Assembly (NCBI GenBank): GCA_034007295.1
Contig: JAVERC010000005.1
Location: 69,913 to 133,912 of the forward strand
Source of the DNA: Desulforegulaceae bacterium
GTDB lineage: Bacteria > Desulfobacterota > Desulfobacteria > Desulfobacterales > JACKCP01
Length of the DNA stretch: 64,000 nt
Direction of reading: 5' to 3'
The first letter of the stretch is position 1, and the number at the start of each line of letters is the position of its first letter. Made by a program: the position numbers and the translations under genes. Positions 1 to 9,603 of this stretch are shown piece by piece. The notes under the pieces are model-generated. The model was given only the letters and a program-made list of their open reading frames with translations, made no database searches and was not told the DNA's origin.

Positions 1-387
1 TGCTTTCAAACCTGAACCACACACTTTACTCACAGTAAATGCAGGGGTTTCCTTTGGCATGCCTGCCGCAATCATTGCCTGTCTTGTAGGATTTTGACCA
101 AGACCTGCTGTAAGAACACATCCCATTATTACTTCATCAATTGCAACCGGGGTAAGAGAATCATCATAGTCGTAACCTGGTTTTTCAAGATCTATCTGTC
201 CCTGATCTTTTAGAGCATCAGGATAAATTTCTTTCATTTCATCTGAAGGTACTGGTCTGATGCCGGCCTTCTTAAGAGTTTCCTTCATTACTGTTTTGCC
301 AAGTTCAACAACAGAAGCATTTTTTAAAACTCCACCAAAACTTCCTACTGCTGTTCTTGAACCGCTGACTATTACAACATCTCTCAT
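1..387 (-). CDS. acetyl-CoA acetyltransferase (thiolase), N-terminal part; gene continues off the window
   Basis: Reverse translation from ATG at 387 gives [19 protein letters not shown]...[11 protein letters not shown], the thiolase N-terminus with the active-site Cys motif. AGGAGG lies upstream of the ATG. Confidence 0.85.
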   Translation of the reverse strand, partial: MRDVVIVSGSRTAVGSFGGVLKNASVVELGKTVMKETLKKAGIRPVPSDEMKEIYPDALKDQGQIDLEKPGYDYDDSLTPVAIDEVIMGCVLTAGLGQNPTRQAMIAAGMPKETPAFTVSKVCGSGLKA

Positions 388-545
388 GGATTTCCTCCTT
401 AATTTATTTTTGAAATTATATTTAAAACTTTATGGTTGACACTACCCGAAAATTAATTATAGACGCAGATTAGCCGTATTAAAAGTGAAAGTCAATAATC
501 TGGTAAAACAGATTAAACCTATAATAAACACTGTGTGCAAATAAA

Positions 546-1301
546 ATGTGTCTGATTATTTTTTCGTTCCGCCAAAATAAAGATTATCCCCTTATCATTG
601 CTGCAAACCGCGATGAATTTTACAAAAGAGAAACAAAAACTCTTGATGTAACTGATGAAAATCCCCTTGTAATTTCAGGAAAAGACCTTGAATCAGGAGG
701 AACATGGATGGGGATAAACAGAAAAACAAAAAAATTTGCAGCAATTACTAACTACAGAGACCCTTCAAAAATCAAAGATAATGCAAAATCAAGGGGAATA
801 ATTGTAAGCTCTTTTTTAAATAAAGATGAAAGTCCACTTATATATCTTGAAAACCTTAAAAAAGAAAAAGACCTTTACAATGGATTTAATTTTATTCTCG
901 GGAATGTGGACGAGATATTTCATTATTCAAATATCACAGATGAAATAACAAAAATTGAGACAGGACTTCATGGAGTAAGCAATCACCTTTTAAATACTCC
1001 CTGGCCTAAAGTTGTAAAAGCAAAAAATCTTTTACAAAAATCTTTTGAATCTGAAAATGTAGTTGAATCAAGCCTTGAAATGCTCAAAAACGATGAAATT
1101 TTTGATGATGAAAAACTTCCCCAAACAGGAATGGGTCTTGAATGGGAAAGGCTTTTGTCACCTGTATTTGTTAAAAGTGAAATTTACGGTACAAGATCTT
1201 CTTCTGTTCTTTTAATAGATAAAAATGGAAAAATCCGTTTCAGAGAAAGGGCTTATCTTGAAAAAGGGCTTGTAAAGGACACAGATTTTTTTATTTCCTG
1301 A
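546..1301 (+). CDS. NRDE-family (TANGO2-like) protein
   Basis: N-terminal MCLIIF...AANRDE motif typical of the NRDE/DUF833 family. 251-aa ORF followed by a hairpin. Confidence 0.75.
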   Translation: MCLIIFSFRQNKDYPLIIAANRDEFYKRETKTLDVTDENPLVISGKDLESGGTWMGINRKTKKFAAITNYRDPSKIKDNAKSRGIIVSSFLNKDESPLIYLENLKKEKDLYNGFNFILGNVDEIFHYSNITDEITKIETGLHGVSNHLLNTPWPKVVKAKNLLQKSFESENVVESSLEMLKNDEIFDDEKLPQTGMGLEWERLLSPVFVKSEIYGTRSSSVLLIDKNGKIRFRERAYLEKGLVKDTDFFIS

Positions 1302-1307
1302 AAAGCA

Positions 1308-1334
1308 GGAGCCGCATCGCATGACTGCGGCTCC
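1308..1334. terminator. hairpin between convergent genes (GGAGCCGCA...TGCGGCTCC)
   Basis: 9-bp GC-rich inverted repeat directly after the stop at 1301, with T-rich sequence downstream and A-rich upstream. Confidence 0.5.
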
Positions 1335-1342
1335 AAAAGATT

Positions 1343-2383
1343 TTATTTTTTCATTTTCCTTATTTTTTTATGAATATCCTTCCATTTTTCCTTTTCAATA
1401 CGATCAAATGACTTTGACTGCCTGTCCTTTATAAATTTTTCTTCAAGACTTAATTTTCTGTAATTTTTAAGCCTTTTCAGATCAAGCTCTCCAGACCTGA
1501 CTGCTTTTAAGACAGCACATCCAGGCTCATTTTCATGTGTGCAGTTTCTGAACCTGCATTTTTGCTCAAGAGCTTTTATATCTGCAAAAGTTCTTGTTAC
1601 GCCTTCATTTCCTTCAGCAAGAGAAATTTCTCTTATGCCGGGATTGTCAATAATCATTGCACCTGATTCAAGAACAATTAAGTCCCTTGTGGTTGTGGTG
1701 TGCCTGCCTTTACCTGAAAAACTGCTTATTTCACTGGTTTTTCTTTTTTCAAATCCGCAAATGGAATTTATTATGGATGATTTCCCGGCACCTGAAGAGC
1801 CGATAAGAGCACATGTATCAAAAGGTTTCATGTAGTTTTTTATAAGATCAGTTCCAGTATTTTCCTTTGCAGAAACAGCAAAAACCTCTACACCCGGAAC
1901 AGACATTTCCACTTCTGATACTGTTTCAGACAGATCATCACAAAGATCACACTTGTTCAAAATTATTACAGGCTTTATTGAGCAGCTGTATACAAGCACA
2001 CAATATCTTTCAAGCCTTCTTGGATTAAAGTCATTGTCAAGACCTCCAACAACAAAAACATAGTCAAGGTTTGATGCAATGACCTGTTCTTTCTGGCCAA
2101 AATTATCTTTTTTATTATTTTTGCCGGAACTTCCTCTGATAAGAGAATTTTTTCTTTCAAAAACTCTTACTATTGTTTCATCCGATATTTCAACAAAGTC
2201 ACCTGCAGCAGGAAAAATACCCTGATTTAGAAGACGTCCTGCCGGTTTTGCATAAATTTCTTTTTCTCCGTTTGACGAAAGATAAATATTTCTTCCAGAT
2301 GATACAATCCTGAATATATTTGAAGTGTCTGTATCTGAATCTGTATTGTAAAATCTGCCAAATCCCATTGGTTCCATAGACAT
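1343..2383 (-). CDS. rsgA: ribosome small-subunit-dependent GTPase A
   Basis: GSSGAGKSSIIN Walker A and the C-terminal Zn-knuckle CRFRNCTHENEPGCAV. I prefer the ATG at 2383 (AGGAG 9 nt upstream) to the TTG at 2419 in the ORF track. Confidence 0.9.
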   Translation of the reverse strand: MSMEPMGFGRFYNTDSDTDTSNIFRIVSSGRNIYLSSNGEKEIYAKPAGRLLNQGIFPAAGDFVEISDETIVRVFERKNSLIRGSSGKNNKKDNFGQKEQVIASNLDYVFVVGGLDNDFNPRRLERYCVLVYSCSIKPVIILNKCDLCDDLSETVSEVEMSVPGVEVFAVSAKENTGTDLIKNYMKPFDTCALIGSSGAGKSSIINSICGFEKRKTSEISSFSGKGRHTTTTRDLIVLESGAMIIDNPGIREISLAEGNEGVTRTFADIKALEQKCRFRNCTHENEPGCAVLKAVRSGELDLKRLKNYRKLSLEEKFIKDRQSKSFDRIEKEKWKDIHKKIRKMKK

Positions 2384-2450
2384 TGTTTTATTCTCCTGAA
2401 AACAGCGGCTGTTAAACAAAGCTTAAAACAGCCCGATTCAATAAACAGCA

Positions 2451-2487
2451 GTTGACTGAAAAATATATATTTTCGTTCTGCCGATAA
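2451..2487 (+). repeat. degenerate short form of repeat family 1
   Basis: ttgactgaaaaatatatattttcgttctgccgata resembles the short form ttgattggccgaaaa...ttttcgttcagcaa. Confidence 0.3.
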
Positions 2488-2763
2488 ATAAATTAATATG
2501 ATCAGTTTACAATGGAGTGCCGCTTAAAAAGGGAATGAACTTTTCAGGATATAAAACTTATAATGAAATCTGAACCAGATGTTTCATATTTTTAAAAAAA
2601 ACAACCTGCCCTTTACTAAGCAGCTTTAAAAACAATCTCTTTTTTGGGATTAAACATAAAACTTTCCTTAATTTTTAACTGAATTGAACTTTTCATAATT
2701 TCAGGTTCAGGCAATACTTCCAAAAAAAGGCTGAAAAAGTCAAATAAATTTTTCTTTAAAAAA

Positions 2764-4092
2764 TCACTTCTTTTCTTTTTTTTCCCTTCTTGATTCCCAG
2801 AATGCAAGCCGTTTTTTTATAAGTGCTTCATGCCCAAAATCAGAAGGCTCATAAAATTTTATGCCTTTAAGTTCTTTTGGCAGATAATCCTGGTCTGCAA
2901 ATGCATATTCAAAGTCATGGGGATATTGATATCCTTTGTGATATCCAAGTTCCTTCATAAGTTTTGTGGGAGCATTTCTCAAATGCATAGGGACTTCAAA
3001 AGCCTTATTTTCCTTAACAGCAGTTTCTGCTTTTCTTAAGGCAAGATATGATTTATTGCTTTTTGGAGCTGTTGCAAGATAAAGAGCACATTGAGCCATT
3101 GCAAGCTTTCCTTCGGGAAGCCCCATAAACTTGAAAGCTTCTACAGCGGAAACTGCAATTTTAAGAGCTTCAGGGTCGGCATTCCCAATATCTTCTGATG
3201 CAACTGCAACCATTCTTCTTAAAATATATAAAGGGTCTTCACCAGAAGACAACATTCTTTCCATCCAGTAAAGAGCAGCATCAGGATCACTTCCCCTTAA
3301 ACTTTTATGAAAGGCTGAAATAAGATCAAAGTGATTTTCCCCTGATTTATCGTATCTTATAGTTTTTTCACCAAAAACTGCCTTTAAATCCTGTTTTTCT
3401 ATTCTTTTTTTTGAGGAATCGACACAGAAGAGAACAAGACTTTCAAGATTGTTGAGACAAAGCCTCAAATCACCCTCCCCTGCCGATGCAATCATTGAAA
3501 GCACTTCGTCATCAGCTTCAACACCAAAAAGTTTGAGTCCTTTTTTTTCATCATCAAGAGCCTTTTTAAGAACCCTTACAATATCATTTTCCTCAAGTGA
3601 ATTGAGCTTGAAAACCTTGAGTCTTGAAAGAAGAGGAGAAATAATTTCAAAGGAGGGATTTTCAGTTGTAGCTCCAACAAGTGTAATAAGGCCTTCTTCC
3701 ACATGCTTTAAAAATGCGTCCTGCTGGGATTTGCTGAACCTGTGTATTTCATCCACAAAAAGAACGGTTTTTTTCTTGAATTTAAAAAGATTTTCCTTTG
3801 CCTCTTCAAGAAATTTTCTAACATCTGCAACACCTGACAGAACCGCTGAAAGCTGGACAAACAAATATCCGCTTTCACTTGACAGGGCTCTTGCAATGGA
3901 GGTCTTTCCACATCCTGGAGGCCCCCATAAAAGAAAGGAAAAAATTCTTTTTTCCTTTAAAGATGTGCTTAAAAGAGATTTTTCACCTGTAATATGACTC
4001 TGGCCGATAACTTGAGACAAGGAAGCCGGCCTCATTCTTTCTGCAAGGGGCTGGTATAAAAGCCTGTCAGTATTCTGCTCAAAAAGATCCAA
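2764..4092 (-). CDS. rarA: replication-associated recombination protein A (AAA+ ATPase)
   Basis: PLAERMRP N-terminus, Walker A GPPGCGKTS, Walker B LFVDEIHRF and the C-terminal MgsA-type region. TTG start 2 nt after the der stop. Confidence 0.9.
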   Translation of the reverse strand: MDLFEQNTDRLLYQPLAERMRPASLSQVIGQSHITGEKSLLSTSLKEKRIFSFLLWGPPGCGKTSIARALSSESGYLFVQLSAVLSGVADVRKFLEEAKENLFKFKKKTVLFVDEIHRFSKSQQDAFLKHVEEGLITLVGATTENPSFEIISPLLSRLKVFKLNSLEENDIVRVLKKALDDEKKGLKLFGVEADDEVLSMIASAGEGDLRLCLNNLESLVLFCVDSSKKRIEKQDLKAVFGEKTIRYDKSGENHFDLISAFHKSLRGSDPDAALYWMERMLSSGEDPLYILRRMVAVASEDIGNADPEALKIAVSAVEAFKFMGLPEGKLAMAQCALYLATAPKSNKSYLALRKAETAVKENKAFEVPMHLRNAPTKLMKELGYHKGYQYPHDFEYAFADQDYLPKELKGIKFYEPSDFGHEALIKKRLAFWESRREKKEKK

Positions 4093-4094
4093 AA

Positions 4095-5498
4095 TCAGCG
4101 CCTTTTTTTAAGTCTTTTATTTTTACCTTTTTTGGTCGGTTTTGTATTTGAAGGTCTTGTTGGAAGGTTTTCCATAAAACCTTCTCTACCCTTTCTCTGC
4201 TTCATATAAAAAACAACAGGAGTCATTTCAAGACCTGTTTCAGCTCTTATCTGATTTATAAGAAATCTCTTGTATGAAAAATGAACTGCATCAGGGTAGT
4301 TCACAAACGAAACAAAAGTAGGAGGACAGGCTTTTACCTGTGTTGAATAATAAAATTTAAGCCTTCTGCTTTTATGGTATGGAGGAGTATTTTTTTGAAC
4401 AGCTGTATTTATAATGTCATTTACTTTAGCTGTGGAAATTCTTGTTGAATATTCTGCATAAACCTTATTTACCAGATCAAAAATCTTGTGAACCCTTTTT
4501 CCTGTTTTTGCAGAAATTGTAATTACAGGTGCATAGGAAAGAAAAGCAGCCTGATATCTTAGATCATCAACAAAGCGTTTTTGAGCCTTTGGATCTCTTT
4601 CCACAAGATCCCATTTATTTAAAACAAAAATTGCACCGCAGCCTCTTTCTTCTGCATAACCTGCAATTTTTACATCCTGTTCTGTAACACCTTCTGAGGC
4701 ATCAATCAAAATCAGTGCAATATCGCATTTTTCAAGGCTTTTTAAAGCTTTTATAACTGAAAACTTTTCAATTTTTTCATTAACCTTGCCTTTTCTTCTT
4801 ATGCCTGCTGTATCGACTATAAGGTAATTTTTCCCGTCATAACTTATTTTAGAATCTATGGAATCCCTTGTTGTTCCGGGCACATCACTTACAACCATTC
4901 TTTCTTCGCCAAGAATTTTGTTTGTAAGTGAAGATTTTCCTGCATTAGGTCTTCCTACAATTGCAATTTTTATAATATCTTCTTTTTCATCTTCCATGTC
5001 TTCTGATGGAATAAGCTCGCATACAGCTTCAAGAAAATCATTTATTCCATATCCGTGCTCTGCTGAAACAGGAAAAAGATATTCTGTTCCTGTCTGATAA
5101 AAATCATAAATCAAATCTTCCTTTGCAGGAGAATCTACTTTATTCACAAGAAAAAATTTCGGTTTATCTATATCTCTTACAAGATCTAGAAGATCATAAT
5201 CATATGATGAAAGGCCTGATTTACCGTCAAAAACAAGAACAATTATATCACTTTCTCTCATACCTGCTTCAAGCTGGGATTTTATTTCCTTTGCAAAGGA
5301 ATCTGTATCATTTGATAAAAAACCGCCTGTATCAACAAGAAGAAAAGATTTGTCATCATAAACCACATCACCGTAGTTCCTGTCCCTTGTAACCCCGGGC
5401 ATATTGTCTACTATTGCATCCCTTGACTTTGTGAGTCTGTTGAAAAGGGTTGATTTTCCAACATTGGGTCTTCCAAAGAGAGCTACTGTTTTTTTCAT
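4095..5498 (-). CDS. der: ribosome biogenesis GTPase Der (EngA), double GTPase domain
   Basis: Two G domains (GRPNVGKST and GRPNAGKSS) plus a KH-like C-terminus and a basic tail. Confidence 0.95.
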   Translation of the reverse strand: MKKTVALFGRPNVGKSTLFNRLTKSRDAIVDNMPGVTRDRNYGDVVYDDKSFLLVDTGGFLSNDTDSFAKEIKSQLEAGMRESDIIVLVFDGKSGLSSYDYDLLDLVRDIDKPKFFLVNKVDSPAKEDLIYDFYQTGTEYLFPVSAEHGYGINDFLEAVCELIPSEDMEDEKEDIIKIAIVGRPNAGKSSLTNKILGEERMVVSDVPGTTRDSIDSKISYDGKNYLIVDTAGIRRKGKVNEKIEKFSVIKALKSLEKCDIALILIDASEGVTEQDVKIAGYAEERGCGAIFVLNKWDLVERDPKAQKRFVDDLRYQAAFLSYAPVITISAKTGKRVHKIFDLVNKVYAEYSTRISTAKVNDIINTAVQKNTPPYHKSRRLKFYYSTQVKACPPTFVSFVNYPDAVHFSYKRFLINQIRAETGLEMTPVVFYMKQRKGREGFMENLPTRPSNTKPTKKGKNKRLKKRR

Positions 5499-5658
5499 TA
5501 CACTTCTACCTTAATTTATATTAAGAAAACTGAATTTTTTGACACATTTTTAAATAATTTGCAATAAATTTAATATCATACTTTTTTGCAGGCATAAAAC
5601 AAAGCACAATCTTTTATAATAAAATTAAATCTTTTAAAAAAAGTTTCATAAAGATATT

Positions 5659-5702
5659 ATAGTGACTAACCAAAAATGAGGGTTTTTTGTTCAGCAGCTA
5701 TT
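5659..5702 (+). repeat. short (~45 bp) form of repeat family 1
   Basis: atagtgactaaccaaaaatgagggttttttgttcagcagcta joins the left-end and right-end motifs of the long element without the core. Confidence 0.5.
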
Positions 5703-5776
5703 ACAGGCAAATATATTTTTTATCTTAACTGGACTTCAGCTTAAACGCTCAAAAAATATAAAACAGGCAAAGGTTT

Positions 5777-6904
5777 ATGGAAGATAATATTTATAAAAAA
5801 CTTGCAAATCACCTTGACTCACTGCCAGGGGGATATCCTGAAACAAAATCAGGGGTTGAAATAAAAATTCTAAAGCTTCTTTTTACAAGAGAAGAAGCAA
5901 AAACAGCACTTCTTTTAAACCTTATTGCAGAAAACTGTAAAACAATAGCTTTCAGAGCAGATAAGTCTGTTGAAGAAACCTTTGAAATTCTAGAACAAAT
6001 GGCTTCAAAAGGTCTTATTTTAAGGAACAAAGAAAAAAATAAAGAGCCAAAATACATGGCACTTCAATATGTTGTAGGAATCTGGGAATTTCAGGTAAAC
6101 AGACTGACCCCAAAACTTCTTGAATATATGGAAGAACATATCCCCCACCTTCTTGATGTAAAAACCTGGAAAAAAAACCCTCAAATGCGTACCATTCCAA
6201 TTGGGGAAAGCATAGACAACTCATTAAAAGTCATGACCTATGAAAATGCTTATGAGCTTGTTGAAAAAAAGGAAAATTTTGTAATAAGCCCATGCATTTG
6301 CAGAATGGAAATGAGACTTCAGGGAAAAGGATGCAATAAGCCAATTGAAACCTGCATTTCATTTGGGGATGAAGAGGATTTTTATGTAAAAAACAACATT
6401 GGAAGAAGAGCCACAAAACAGGAAGTTCTTGATGTTTTAAAACTTGCCAACAAAAAAGGACTTGTTCTTCAGCCAAGCAATGGAAAAGACATTCACTGGC
6501 TTTGCTGCTGCTGCGGATGCTGCTGCGGAATTTTAAGAACAGTAAAAACATATCCAAAACCATCACATATTTTATCCTCACCTTTCAGAGCAGTTGTTTC
6601 AAATGATTCATGTACAGGGTGCAAACTCTGCTTAAAAAGATGTCCAATGGATGCAATTGAAATTAAGGATAAAAAAGTAAAAATAGATTATGACAAATGC
6701 ATTGGATGCGGACTTTGCGTTTCAACCTGTCCTTCAAAAACTCTCAAACTTGAAAGAAAACCAAAAGGAACATATCCAAAAGTTTCACAAAATATTGTTA
6801 CCTCATCATTAAAAACTCTTCATGCAAGAGGCAAAACAAGTCCAATGGAACTATCCAAAATGATTGGAAAATCATTTTTTGACAGATACAAGTCAAAAAA
6901 ATAA
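5777..6904 (+). CDS. Fe-S protein with a 2x[4Fe-4S] ferredoxin domain and a poly-cysteine motif
   Basis: CTGCKLCLKRCP and CIGCGLCVSTCP ferredoxin motifs, preceded by WLCCCCGCCCG and CICRMEMRLQGKGC. Confidence 0.7.
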   Translation: MEDNIYKKLANHLDSLPGGYPETKSGVEIKILKLLFTREEAKTALLLNLIAENCKTIAFRADKSVEETFEILEQMASKGLILRNKEKNKEPKYMALQYVVGIWEFQVNRLTPKLLEYMEEHIPHLLDVKTWKKNPQMRTIPIGESIDNSLKVMTYENAYELVEKKENFVISPCICRMEMRLQGKGCNKPIETCISFGDEEDFYVKNNIGRRATKQEVLDVLKLANKKGLVLQPSNGKDIHWLCCCCGCCCGILRTVKTYPKPSHILSSPFRAVVSNDSCTGCKLCLKRCPMDAIEIKDKKVKIDYDKCIGCGLCVSTCPSKTLKLERKPKGTYPKVSQNIVTSSLKTLHARGKTSPMELSKMIGKSFFDRYKSKK

Positions 6905-6934
6905 ATTAAATATCAGAATTTTCAGGAGAAAATA

Positions 6935-8098
6935 ATGGGAGCAAACCCTGTTGAATTAAGAAAATTTATAGCCCCTGAAATAATTTTTGGAAACGGTTCA
7001 AGAATGCTTGCAGGACAATACTGCAAAAATTTTCATGCAAAAAAACCCCTTGTTGTTTCAGACCCCGGAGTAATTTCTTCAGGCTGGACAGATGATGTAA
7101 TTGAAAGCCTTGGAAAATTTGGAATAAATTATAAGCTTTTTTCAAATATAAGCCCAAATCCAAGGGAACACGAAGTAATGACAGGAGCTGAAATTTATCT
7201 TCAGGAAAAATGCGACTCAATTGTTGCAGTTGGAGGCGGAAGCCCCATGGACTGTGCCAAGGGAATTGGAATTGTTTCAGCAAACAAGGGACATATTCTT
7301 GATTATCAGGGAATTGACAAAATAACAAATCCGCTTCCCCCTATGATTTTTATTCCAACAACAGCAGGAACTTCAGCTGACGTTTCCCAGTTTGCAATTA
7401 TTGCTGATACAAAAAAACTTGTTAAAATTGCAATTGTAAGCAAAATAATTCTTCCCGATGTTGCACTTATTGACCCTGAAACAAGTTTTACAATGGACAA
7501 ATATCTTACTGCATGCACAGGAATGGATGCTTTAGTTCATGCAATAGAAGCTTTTGTATCAAAGGCTTCATCTCCTCTTACAGATGTCCATGCACTTGAA
7601 GCAGTAAAAATACTTAGTGAAAATCTTTACAAAGTCCATTTAAAACCAGATGATATTGAAACAAGAAAAAAAATCATGTTTGGAAGCATGGAAGCAGGTC
7701 TTGCATTTTCCAATGCCATTCTTGGAGCTGTTCATGCAATGTCCCACGGACTTGGAGGACTTATGGATCTTTCTCACGGAGAATGCAATTCAATGCTTCT
7801 TGAACATGTAATAAATTTTAATTTCAATTCTGTGCCTGAGCGTTTTTCAGTAATTGCCCAGAATATGAATATTGACACAAAAAATTTAACCCAAAACGAA
7901 ATCAGAAAAAAAATATTTTCCAAAATAAGGGAACTTAAAAATTTTATAGGAATAACAAACACCCTTAAAGATACAGGAGTAAAATCATCTGATATTCCTG
8001 TTCTTGCAAAAAAAGCAGTAAATGATGCCTGCCTTGTAACAAATCCAAGAAAGGCACAAACAAGGGAAATTGAAATTATCTATGAAGAAGCCATGTGA
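6935..8098 (+). CDS. iron-containing (group III) alcohol dehydrogenase
   Basis: GGGSPMDCAKG glycine-rich motif and His-rich metal site (HAIEAF...HAMSHGLG...HGECN). AGGAG RBS. Confidence 0.85.
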   Translation: MGANPVELRKFIAPEIIFGNGSRMLAGQYCKNFHAKKPLVVSDPGVISSGWTDDVIESLGKFGINYKLFSNISPNPREHEVMTGAEIYLQEKCDSIVAVGGGSPMDCAKGIGIVSANKGHILDYQGIDKITNPLPPMIFIPTTAGTSADVSQFAIIADTKKLVKIAIVSKIILPDVALIDPETSFTMDKYLTACTGMDALVHAIEAFVSKASSPLTDVHALEAVKILSENLYKVHLKPDDIETRKKIMFGSMEAGLAFSNAILGAVHAMSHGLGGLMDLSHGECNSMLLEHVINFNFNSVPERFSVIAQNMNIDTKNLTQNEIRKKIFSKIRELKNFIGITNTLKDTGVKSSDIPVLAKKAVNDACLVTNPRKAQTREIEIIYEEAM

Positions 8099-9578
8099 AA
8101 ATCCTGAAAATGAAATTCTTGAAAAGCTTATAGGCCTTGGGAGTTCTTCAATTCAAAAAAGCTATTATCCGGAACTTCAAAAAAAAATTGATGAACTTGA
8201 AAATGAAAGAAAAAAATACAAGTCATTTTTTGACAATGCTTTCAACGGAATTTTAAGACTAAATGAAAAAGGTGAAATTTTTGAAGCAAACCCTGCAATA
8301 CTTCATATGACAAATTTTGACCAGATTTCAGACCTTAAAGGGAAAAATTTTAAAACAGAACTTATGTCATATCCCGATGAATGGGAACAGATTTTAAAAG
8401 ATATTAAAGATAAAAAGCCCATAAAAAATTTTTTTATAAAATTAAAAACAGCAAAAAACAAAGAGATTCTTATTTCTGCAAATATTTTAAAATCAGAACA
8501 AAAACAGGATTTAATAGAAATTTTCTGCGAAAATATTTCAGATAAAAAAAAAATGGAAGAAGAGCTTGCACACAGGCAGAAAATGGATGCTCTTGGTCAG
8601 CTTGCAGCAGGGATTGCCCATGATTTCAACAATATTTTAACAGGAATTTTAGGCTCATGTGAACTTGTTTATCCCCATGTTGAAGATAAATACAAAAAAT
8701 TTATTGACACTACAGTAGAACTTCTTGAAAGAAGTATAGATAAAAAAATTATTATTTCAAAAGATTTTCAGGCTTCAAATTTTCAGATTTCAGGTGACGA
8801 ATCTTTAATCCAAAATGCCTTTCTAAACCTTGGAATAAATGCAAAAGATGCCATGCCAAAGGGCGGAATTATTTTTTTCAGAACAAAAAATAAAACCCTA
8901 GATGAAAACACAATAAAATATCTTCCATATGAAATAAACCCGGGGAATTATCTTGAAATTGAAGTTCAAGACTCAGGTGATGGAATACCTTTTAATATTC
9001 TCTCAAAAATTTTCGATCCTTTTTTTACTACCAAGGAAAATGGCAAAGGCTCAGGCCTTGGTCTTTCTTCGGTATACGGGACAATAAAAAAACATAATGG
9101 AATTATTACAGTTTACAGCGAACCTGAAAAAGGCAGTTTATTTAAAATTCTTCTTCCTTTGTCAGACAGTAAAGATTTAGAGCAAAACCTTGAGCTGGTA
9201 AAATTTGTCAAAGGGAAAGGCACTATACTTATTGCAGATGATGAAGAGGCAATAAGACTTACCTCATCAGCACTTATTGAAACTTTTGGCTATAATGTTG
9301 AAACGGCTGAAAACGGATTTGAAGCCTTAAAAATTTATAAAAAAAATCCAGTAAAATTTGATCTTGTTATTCTTGATATGATTATGCCTTTAATGGATGG
9401 AGAAGAAACATTTTTTGAAATAAAAAAAATTAATCCAGAGGCAAAAATAATTATTTCATCTGGCTTTTCAAAAGACAGCACAATTAAAATTTTAAAGGAA
9501 AAGGGATTAAAGGGTTTTATTAAAAAGCCTTTTCAAAAATCAGAACTAAGCAGTATTTTATTTTCATCACTACAATAA
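8070..9578 (+). CDS. hybrid sensor histidine kinase / response regulator (PAS-HisKA-HATPase-REC)
   Basis: H-box [11 protein letters not shown]-box [11 protein letters not shown]-boxes DSGDGIP and GSGLGLS, and REC (ILIADDE...DMIMP). Start uncertain (TTG 8070 or ATG 8082). Overlaps the 3' end of the ADH gene. Confidence 0.85.
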   Translation: MKLSMKKPCENPENEILEKLIGLGSSSIQKSYYPELQKKIDELENERKKYKSFFDNAFNGILRLNEKGEIFEANPAILHMTNFDQISDLKGKNFKTELMSYPDEWEQILKDIKDKKPIKNFFIKLKTAKNKEILISANILKSEQKQDLIEIFCENISDKKKMEEELAHRQKMDALGQLAAGIAHDFNNILTGILGSCELVYPHVEDKYKKFIDTTVELLERSIDKKIIISKDFQASNFQISGDESLIQNAFLNLGINAKDAMPKGGIIFFRTKNKTLDENTIKYLPYEINPGNYLEIEVQDSGDGIPFNILSKIFDPFFTTKENGKGSGLGLSSVYGTIKKHNGIITVYSEPEKGSLFKILLPLSDSKDLEQNLELVKFVKGKGTILIADDEEAIRLTSSALIETFGYNVETAENGFEALKIYKKNPVKFDLVILDMIMPLMDGEETFFEIKKINPEAKIIISSGFSKDSTIKILKEKGLKGFIKKPFQKSELSSILFSSLQ

Positions 9579-9603
9579 AAATATTATTATTTGGAGCAAA
9601 ATC

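Noticed and set aside
2616-2807. 63-aa minus-strand ORF downstream of and overlapping the rarA 3' end
   Set aside because: It overlaps the rarA stop region, has no RBS or recognisable motif, and sits in an AT-rich spacer where such ORFs arise by chance.
3449-3997. 182-aa plus-strand ORF inside rarA
   Set aside because: It is antisense to a strongly supported AAA+ gene. It is a Ser/Leu-rich low-complexity translation typical of a shadow ORF, with no RBS.
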